In this document: in pieces, positions 46,913-53,346 of the stretch
Position numbering within the stretch: the first letter of the stretch is position 1
How the letters are laid out: every line of letters starts with the position of its first letter
Source: a virus
Taxonomy: Duplodnaviria > Caudoviricetes
Length of the DNA stretch: 53,346 bases
Reading direction: 5' to 3' (one strand)
IMG/VR virus record: IMGVR_UViG_3300036982_000579
Span: 1 to 53,346 of that record
Made by a program: the position numbers and the translations under genes
Notes under the pieces: model-generated
The model's database searches: none
Told to the model about the DNA's origin: nothing
What the model saw: the letters and a program-made list of their open reading frames with translations, nothing else

Positions 46913-47899
46913 ATGGCGAAGAACACAGACATCACAATCCTCGGCAACGGGGGAAGCGTTCACGCAAACGAAAAGCACGACGGCCCGGTTCCTTTCGACC
47001 GGGTGCGTTCACTGTTCGACTTCAAGGTCGAATACACCCCGCTCTATACGCATGACGCTTTCGGTGACTCAGAGAAACTTCCGAACCGTCAGGCGATCCG
47101 TCGTACTGACACCGGGCTGATCCTCAACACGGTGTCCAAGTCTCACGGACTTCACCAGTTCAGCGACGTACTCGTGGACAACCTGTTCACTCTGCTTGAT
47201 GCGTCTGACAATGATCTTCAAGTTTCGGGTGCGGGTCTCCTGAAGAACGGTGCAGTTGGTTGGGTTCAGGTTCAGGCACCTTGCTTGGAAGCTGGCGAAG
47301 GCGATGTCGCCCCAACTCTCACGCTTGCATCTTCGCACGATGGGTCACTCGCCACTTCATATCGGATGGGCATGTTTCGCTTCATCTGTTCCAACCAGAT
47401 CGGCGCTCTCCGCAGGAAAAGCGACAACGTGTTCAAGTTGCGTCACACCCTCAACTCGTCGATGAACTTCACGACGGCTCGCAACACTCTCGGTCTGATG
47501 TGGAAGCAGGCTGAGTCCTTCAACGAGGAAGTCAACACGCTAATCAACCTTTCGGTGACCGACACTGAGTTCTACCGAATTGTGAACCGCTTGGCTCCGA
47601 TGCCACCGGAGTCCGCAACTGAGGCTGCTCGTACCCGGTGGGAGAATCGTGTTGAGTCGGTGTCCAACATCTATCGCAACGATGAGCGTGTTGGTGACTT
47701 CCGTGGAACCGGGTGGGGAGTTGTTCAGGCGTTCAATACTTATCGCCAGCATGAGCGCCCGTTCCGTGCGAATGGAACCGCTGGAACTACGTCACGACTT
47801 GGTCGCACGATGGGCGACTTCTTGTCGGGTGCGATTGACCTTGATGACCAGAAGGTGACGGCGGCGGTGTTCGCTGAGTCTGCTCGTAAGGGCTTGTGA
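46913..47899 (+). CDS. DUF932 family protein
   Basis: LASSHDGS, RFICSNQ, LRHT, GTGWGVVQA motifs. Confidence 0.85.
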   Translation: MAKNTDITILGNGGSVHANEKHDGPVPFDRVRSLFDFKVEYTPLYTHDAFGDSEKLPNRQAIRRTDTGLILNTVSKSHGLHQFSDVLVDNLFTLLDASDNDLQVSGAGLLKNGAVGWVQVQAPCLEAGEGDVAPTLTLASSHDGSLATSYRMGMFRFICSNQIGALRRKSDNVFKLRHTLNSSMNFTTARNTLGLMWKQAESFNEEVNTLINLSVTDTEFYRIVNRLAPMPPESATEAARTRWENRVESVSNIYRNDERVGDFRGTGWGVVQAFNTYRQHERPFRANGTAGTTSRLGRTMGDFLSGAIDLDDQKVTAAVFAESARKGL

Positions 47900-47915
47900 G
47901 TTGTTGTTGGTGATG

Positions 47916-47945
47916 GGGGGACCGGGTAGCGCCGGTCCCTTTGTC
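47916..47945 (+). terminator. intrinsic terminator
   Basis: GGGACCGG-TAGCG-CCGGTCCC-TTTGT. Confidence 0.65.
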
Positions 47946-48000
47946 GCGTGTTGGGTTCAACCCGGCGGGCCGTGTCACTGGGAGAGGCGGCGGGTCGTCG

Positions 48001-48082
48001 AAAAAGAATCCAAAAGAAATCCAAGAAATATCTCATTTGGAGTTGCAAACTGTCAGACACATGTAGTACTGTTATCTACATA
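48001..48082 (+). promoter_or_regulatory. family-1 phage promoter (ncRNA D)
   Basis: AAAAGAAATCCAAGAAAT...TTGCAA-18-TACTGT TATCTACATAA. Confidence 0.75.
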
Positions 48083-48619
48083 AGCAGTGAGCAACAAGAA
48101 CCGGACACACAACCGGGGGCGAATCGCAGCAAGACGCACAAAGCGTGTAGCGGGTTCCGGGTGACACACCACCTAAAAGGAAATGTGACGGTTGCACACT
48201 CAGCAACAGAAAGAGCGAGTGCTAGTTAGATTCTGTTTGATACCAGAAGACGATTGAAGTGCATGAAGTAGCCTCCGGGTGTAAGCCTTCCTCTCCTAAG
48301 ACATCCTCAGTACGGCTTCCTCAACAGTAACTAGAATGACTCAAGTTGAAACTTGCGGTATCGGACCCAAGACGATTGAGGTGACCAAGTAGTCGAAAGA
48401 CGTAAGCCTTGCTCTCCCAACACATCCCTAGTACGGCACCTCCGCAGCAACTTGAGTGGTTGGTCAGTGGAATCGTCTGGAGACAGACAGGCACACAGAG
48501 TCAAGTGAAAGCGTCGTCAAGAGCGTAATCACCGAAGCGTATTCGGTCGGGGAGCAAGGCAGCCCGATGTTGCGTCACAGGGATAGAAACTTGCAGCTCT
48601 TATTCAGAACATCGGTTCC
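48079..48619 (+). ncRNA. candidate large structured ncRNA D (~540 nt) with internal duplicated module
   Basis: own promoter; nested helices GAACCGG/TCGGTTC, TGTGACG/CGTCACA, CTGTTTG/CAGACAG; ~90-nt covarying repeat. Confidence 0.72.
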
Positions 48620-48630
48620 ACTGACCAACC

Positions 48631-48697
48631 AAAAGAAATATCAAACAATCTTCTGTTTCGACTTGCGGACTGTAGTCGCATCGACTACTATCTTGTG
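48631..48697 (+). promoter_or_regulatory. family-1 phage promoter (ncRNA E)
   Basis: AAAAGAAATATCAAA...GACTTGCGG-17-TACTAT. Confidence 0.7.
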
Positions 48698-49774
48698 TGT
48701 GGGGGGGCAACAACCTCACAACAGCAACTTGAAAACAGAGACAAGCTTGAGCGGCTAAGAGATCAGCAAGGCCCCCACGCAAAGAACGGGACATTCCAAA
48801 CCGGCAACAACGTGACAAACCTTCAACAGACTCTTAGCCCTCAAGAAAGCAATGAGCGCCTTGTAGGTTGCTCACGCAATTAGCAGCACCAACCAAAGTT
48901 CAGCAGATGTCCGCACGTCGGAAACTGTCGGCAGCGGAGGTTGACAGTAGGAACCTGAGTTAGGTACTTGAGCAGCAATCGCAACAGCATGGAAACTGAG
49001 TAGGGTTCCGGGGCTGGAGGATCGTATCCTTCACGCTGCGGGTCAAAACCTCAAAGGTGATAAACGCTGAAGCCTTTAGCTGACACCGATCCATACCGCC
49101 CTACGCTAATCAAACGGACTAATTACCCGGAGCGTGAACAACCTATAAGGCATTCAATGCCCCGAAGTCCGGCAAGGCTGGAATCAACTTCATATAACCA
49201 CCGCGAAGTTAGCGGCGAGCCGGTGAAAAGCCGACCCCCATAGCGGCGGGCAGACTGCTTAGGCTTCTTCTAGTCCTAAAGGGCCAACATCAACACAGTT
49301 GGAATTAGAACCCATAGATTTCCCCACGGGGTGAGAAATACCGTGTGCGTAGTCAGCGTTGAGTTGGACTAAGCGGGTGGGATACCCGCACACATCGCTA
49401 TCACGCAAGTGATACAGGATTGAATCTTGATGAGATAGGCGGAGTTCGTCGGGTCACTCCCGAAACGATCCAAGCGTCAACTCAAGATTCAGGGGAGGGT
49501 TCGGCAAGGCCGGTATTCCGCAGACAAGCACCTTAGCCCGAGCTTAGTGAGCGAAGGAGAGACCGCCGCTGGACTGTAGCCCGGAATGCTGAACCCCCCC
49601 ACCTTCTAGTACTTCAGCGGGTAGCACCGTAGGAGCCGACCAGCAGACAGATGCGGAAAGGAAGTCTGATACAGGCTGAACAGATGCGGCGTGCCGCTCA
49701 AACTCAGTGCAACGACGACTATTCCAAACGCCGCTGCTATAGGGGAGCCGGTGCTGCCCACTGAAGTACTAGAA
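48698..49774 (+). ncRNA. candidate large structured ncRNA E (~1075 nt)
   Basis: no ORF of 60 aa or more in any frame 48884-49605; many long-range helices; 26-bp terminal helix. Confidence 0.78.
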
Positions 49775-49840
49775 AAGAATCTCAAAGATATTTGCAAATG
49801 GCCTTGACTCTTGTAGCCACATCAACTACATTAGTTCTTG
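49773..49840 (+). promoter_or_regulatory. family-1 phage promoter (ncRNA F)
   Basis: AAAAGAATCTCAAAGATAT...TTGACT-17-TACATT. Confidence 0.75.
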
Positions 49841-50558
49841 TAAGGGAGAAACAAGCCCTAGCACGCAACTTGAAAACAGAGACAAAGCATCACGACAAGA
49901 AATACAAAGTCGCTTCCTCGAAAGAGGACACAACGGAGGATGGACCTTGCCCACTCAATAAGCCACGCCAATGGCTTGAGAGGAGCAACACGAAAGTGCA
50001 AGGTGTGGAAGTAGTAGTAGCTGTTTCTGCCAATCGAAAGGTTGAACTATCCAAAGACGCACCCTGAGAAATCAGGGGCATGAGGTTGAGAGCAGCACCC
50101 GCTTCGGCGGGGCCGATACCGAGGCACGGTATCGGGGAGAAAATGGATAACCGCTGCCGCAAGCTAACGCTTGCCACCGCTACTACGGTGAACTCAGGGC
50201 AATCGCAGGCTCGCCCCGCAAGGGACGCAGAGCCGCAAAGGAATACTGGAAGGCTAGACACGGCAACCCACGGTTCGGGGTTGGCGTGTGCCTCAACTGA
50301 ACCAAGCACCGCACCATCTCCGGTCTATGAGATGGGAGGCACCATGCAGCATCGGGAATATCGCCTCAACCAAGTCCCAACGCTGAACGAAACCGCAGAT
50401 TGTGGCTGCGGATAGGAGTAGCTGAACTTGTCAGCGGGGTCTAGCCTGCCCGCCTAACGAACAAGGTAGACGGGGCTTGCAAGTACATAGGAACTGCTTG
50501 CAAGCCTCGCAACAAACAAGCCCTGACGATTCGTTCGTGCAGGGCTGTTTGCGTTTTT
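49840..50558 (+). ncRNA. candidate large structured ncRNA F (~720 nt)
   Basis: four GAAA, one GCAA and one cUUCGg capped hairpins; terminator; module shared with ncRNA C. Confidence 0.78.
50514..50558 (+). terminator. intrinsic terminator after D-E-F block
   Basis: CAAACaAGCCCTG...CAGGGCTGTTTG then CGTTTTT. Confidence 0.65.
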
Positions 50559-50562
50559 GGAC

Positions 50563-50690
50563 CCGCCGCTATTCCGCCGCTATTCCGCCGCTATTCCGCC
50601 GTTGATCCGCCGTTGATCCGCCGTTGATCCGCCGTTGAAATGGCGGTCTTCCGCCGCCAATCCGCCACACCGCCCGCCGCCGCCGGACGG
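50563..50690 (+). repeat. 11-bp tandem repeat
   Basis: (CCGCCGCTATT)x3 then (CCGCCGTTGAT)x~4, then degenerate CCGCC units. Confidence 0.9.
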
Positions 50691-50914
50691 CCCAGCGCCC
50701 AGTAGCGTCAAGCCGATCTGGTACACTTGCTCATATCGGGTCCAAAACACTCACGGGGCCGGTGACCCAATACGCGAAGAAGCCGGACGATTAGTACTCG
50801 CCCGGCCCTTCTAAGACACCTCCGCCATACCCATTGGCGTGTCAGTTCCTGAGTCCAAGCATACAGTACTTGGTCGGGGTTGCACACTTCAGGGTCCGGC
50901 AGGGAAGGACTGAA

Positions 50915-51808
50915 GTGACGATCAGAGTTGAACACAGAACACAGTTCACAGTTGTTGACTCAAGAACTATCAACGATGAAGCCTTGTCGTTGCGCGCCAC
51001 TGGGCTGCTTGTGTGGCTTCTTGATAAACCGGATGGTTGGCGGATCAACTCAATAGAGATCAGTAAGCGGTGCAAGGAAGGTCGTGATGCTATCCGTGCT
51101 GCGATAGCGGAGCTTGAAGAAGCGGGCTATTTGACGCGTGAAAAGTATCGTGGCCCGGATGGTCGTTGGGTGAATGAGTCGGTTGTTCGTGAACGTCCGC
51201 TTGTTGAACCAGATGTGCAAATCATTGAACCAGACACAGACTTTGTTGATAGTCATATTGACCGGGGACTGGAAACCCGTCGCCGGATAACCGGAGCCGG
51301 AGAAACGGGTTCCGGTTTTTCAGGCCCTATTATCAGTACTAAGAGTCAAGACTATAAAAAGACTATAAAGACTTATGTCAACGAAACAGAAAAAGCGGAA
51401 ACGGAAGCTGCTTCTTTACCGCCTCGTTCTGAACTTCAACTCGTTGACGCAGGGCAGATAACAAAAAACGTGGGGACAGCGGAGCGGGTGATGGAAGCGT
51501 GGGTCGCCGCCACCGGGCGCGCACCGGGGAAAGTGAAGTTGAACGCTAAACGTAGGGCTGCTGTTGCTGCCCGGTTGCGGGAGGGGTATACCGAGGAGGA
51601 CTTGATTGCTGCGGCACGGGGGATTGCGTTATCTGCTTGGCATACCGGGGATAACCCTGATGGGAAGAAGTTTGATGATCTGCTTGTTGCGATCAGGGAC
51701 GGTGAGCGGGTTGAGCGGTTCAGGGACATCTACGAGGCTGGCGGTGAACGTGGCCGTATGTCGTCTACGGATCAGGTCATGGCTTTGTACGCTCAGGAGC
51801 AAGCATGA
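50915..51808 (+). CDS. replication initiator (N-terminal wHTH)
   Basis: FTVV....I.D..LSLRA.GLL.WLL..PDGW...EGRDAI.AAI.ELE.AGYL; upstream of loader and helicase. Confidence 0.75.
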   Translation: MTIRVEHRTQFTVVDSRTINDEALSLRATGLLVWLLDKPDGWRINSIEISKRCKEGRDAIRAAIAELEEAGYLTREKYRGPDGRWVNESVVRERPLVEPDVQIIEPDTDFVDSHIDRGLETRRRITGAGETGSGFSGPIISTKSQDYKKTIKTYVNETEKAETEAASLPPRSELQLVDAGQITKNVGTAERVMEAWVAATGRAPGKVKLNAKRRAAVAARLREGYTEEDLIAAARGIALSAWHTGDNPDGKKFDDLLVAIRDGERVERFRDIYEAGGERGRMSSTDQVMALYAQEQA

Positions 51809-52242
51809 ATCTTGGTGAAGCAGGGCTTGTTGTGAGGTTGCTTGAGTTCGGGTGGTCGCAGAAGTTTCCTCCTGAGATGGCGTTGATCTATGTGGAGTGT
51901 TTGCGTGGTTTGCCGTATAAGGCTGCGAAGTCTGGCATTGAGGAAATGTTGCGGACTGAGGAGTTTCGTCCGTCGGTTGCTGCTGTGTGCAGGGCTGCTA
52001 CTGGAGCGCCTGAAGAAGCGGAGGCTTTGGCTGGGGCAGAGCGCTGGTTGGCTTATCAGGAGCAGATGCGGTTTGTGAATGGGTCGGGGCATGTTCCCGT
52101 CCGTCCTGAGGTTCATAATCTTGTTATTGAGTCGTGTGCTGGTTTGTCTGCGGGGATGTTCGGTTGGCAATCACGGTTCAAGGGTTCGTATGAAGCGCGG
52201 GTTCAGGGTGTGTTGTCTGGTTGGAAGGAGTTAGGAGCATGA
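51805..52242 (+). CDS. putative helicase loader/inhibitor
   Basis: L..LPY..A...I......EEFRPSVA motif; position between initiator and helicase. Confidence 0.55.
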   Translation: MNLGEAGLVVRLLEFGWSQKFPPEMALIYVECLRGLPYKAAKSGIEEMLRTEEFRPSVAAVCRAATGAPEEAEALAGAERWLAYQEQMRFVNGSGHVPVRPEVHNLVIESCAGLSAGMFGWQSRFKGSYEARVQGVLSGWKELGA

Positions 52243-53346
52243 AGGATCAGTTGCCGCCTTACGATCTGCAAGCTGAGGAAGCGCTTGTCGGTGCGATGAT
52301 CTTGAATAACGAGGCTATTGGCGAGGTATTGCCGCTGTGTTCCGCTGAAGACCTCTACACACCACGCCTAAGGGTGCTGTATTCGACGATTGCGGGTATG
52401 CACGGGCGTGGGGAACCTGTAGACGCAACAACGCTCTCAGGGGCGCTCACGCTGTCTGAAGGGGAAGCCGCTGGGACGGCTGCTGCGGACATTATGGGTT
52501 TGATAGCGAACGCAGGGTTCGTGTCTAACGTGGCCGCTTACGCAACTCGGGTCGTGAAGTGCGCTGCTTACAGGAAGCTGATTAGTGCTTGTCACGAAAT
52601 CGGTGACAGGGCGTTCGGTCAAGATGGCGACCCGTCCGAGCTGGGCGACATGCTCAACGCTGCGGTACTGGACATCCATAAGTCGGATGTTGTTGAGGTT
52701 CCGGGGGATGTCTGGACGATTGACGGGTTCTTGGATCGGCCTATCTCGGAGCGTCCTGCTTGGGTGATTCCGGGGTTGATGCGTGTCGGGTGGAGAGTCA
52801 TGGTTGTGGCTCAGGAGGGGATTGGAAAGACGGTTCTGTTGCGACAGTTGGGTATTGCTGCCGCTCAAGGGGTTCATCCGCTGCGGTTTACTCCTATTCC
52901 GCCTTGCCGGACGTTGATTGTGGACCTTGAGAACCCTGATGATTCGATTATCGACGTTTGTAATCCGATCAGAACACAAGTTGGTTCGGTTGTTGATGAA
53001 TATGACGCTGACCGGGCGTGGTTGTGGCACCGACCCGGCGGGGTAAACCTGCGTTCTAGGCGTGACAGGTCTGAACTGGAAGCTGTGATCGCCCATGTGC
53101 GTCCCACACTGGTCTGCTTAGGACCGATCTACAAGGCGTACAGGGTTGAGGCACGGGAATCTGATGAGCAGGCATCTTCTGAAGTGATGTCTGTGTTTGA
53201 TGATCTTCGAGTTCGGTATGGATTCGGGTTGATCCTTGAGCATCACGCTCCGAAAGGCTCGGGTGGGACCAGAGACTTGATGCCTTACGGTTCGAGCTTG
53301 TGGTTGCGGTGGCCTGAGATCGGCTTGAAACTTGAATCAACGGGCG
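52239..53346 (+). CDS. replicative helicase (DnaB N-terminal domain plus RecA-fold ATPase), truncated by window end
   Basis: PPYDLQAEEALVGAMIL; AQEGIGKT Walker A; IVDLEN; ILEHHAPK. Confidence 0.8.
   Translation, partial: MKDQLPPYDLQAEEALVGAMILNNEAIGEVLPLCSAEDLYTPRLRVLYSTIAGMHGRGEPVDATTLSGALTLSEGEAAGTAAADIMGLIANAGFVSNVAAYATRVVKCAAYRKLISACHEIGDRAFGQDGDPSELGDMLNAAVLDIHKSDVVEVPGDVWTIDGFLDRPISERPAWVIPGLMRVGWRVMVVAQEGIGKTVLLRQLGIAAAQGVHPLRFTPIPPCRTLIVDLENPDDSIIDVCNPIRTQVGSVVDEYDADRAWLWHRPGGVNLRSRRDRSELEAVIAHVRPTLVCLGPIYKAYRVEARESDEQASSEVMSVFDDLRVRYGFGLILEHHAPKGSGGTRDLMPYGSSLWLRWPEIGLKLESTG

Noticed and set aside
48247-48460. TIGR/bridge-RNA or DGR template interpretation of the duplicated module
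   Set aside because: Only two units, differences are not adenine-specific, and no Nop-domain, IS110 recombinase or reverse transcriptase gene in the window
50228-50285. Group II intron domain V (GAGCCG...ACGGTTC)
   Set aside because: Spacing too long for the ~34-nt domain V hairpin; no interrupted gene or RT
47901-50415. Short ORFs in the track across the D-E-F block (and those within A, B, C)
   Set aside because: No RBS, mostly TTG/GTG starts, atypical composition, and several cross promoter boundaries
50346-50417. Hammerhead or HDV-like ribozyme reading of the C/F shared core
   Set aside because: CTGAACGA is not CUGANGA and there is no GAAA; element order does not match HDV topology
52437-53340. 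Minus-strand ORFs at the right end
   Set aside because: Shadows of the helicase gene, which the track misses because it has no stop inside the window

Overview
A 53 kb segment of a long-tailed (siphovirus-like) dsDNA phage genome. The host is probably actinobacterial, inferred from leaderless SigA-type promoters, an r1t-type holin, an Rpf-like lysozyme and the SSB style. Left to right it holds: a Dam-like methylase and HNH; a neck/tail module with a 2066-aa tape measure; a DNA-modification-like cluster (3 ParB-like genes, a methyltransferase with an inserted PLP enzyme, ASCH, ABC-ATPase/GNAT) next to the small terminase; many short accessory genes under two families of repeated promoters; recombination genes; lysis genes; the large terminase; DUF932; and a replication module cut off at the right edge. 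No portal, capsid, major tail, tRNA, integrase or CRISPR array was seen. The main unexplained signal is a set of six 0.35-1.1 kb non-coding, highly structured units (A-F, about 4.3 kb in total). Each has its own copy of the phage promoter and long helices, several with G-U pairs or GNRA/UUCG loops that set the strand, and they share sequence modules. I propose these are a phage-encoded family of large structured ncRNAs that I cannot assign to a known class. All calls are from reading the sequence by eye; no searches or folding were run.
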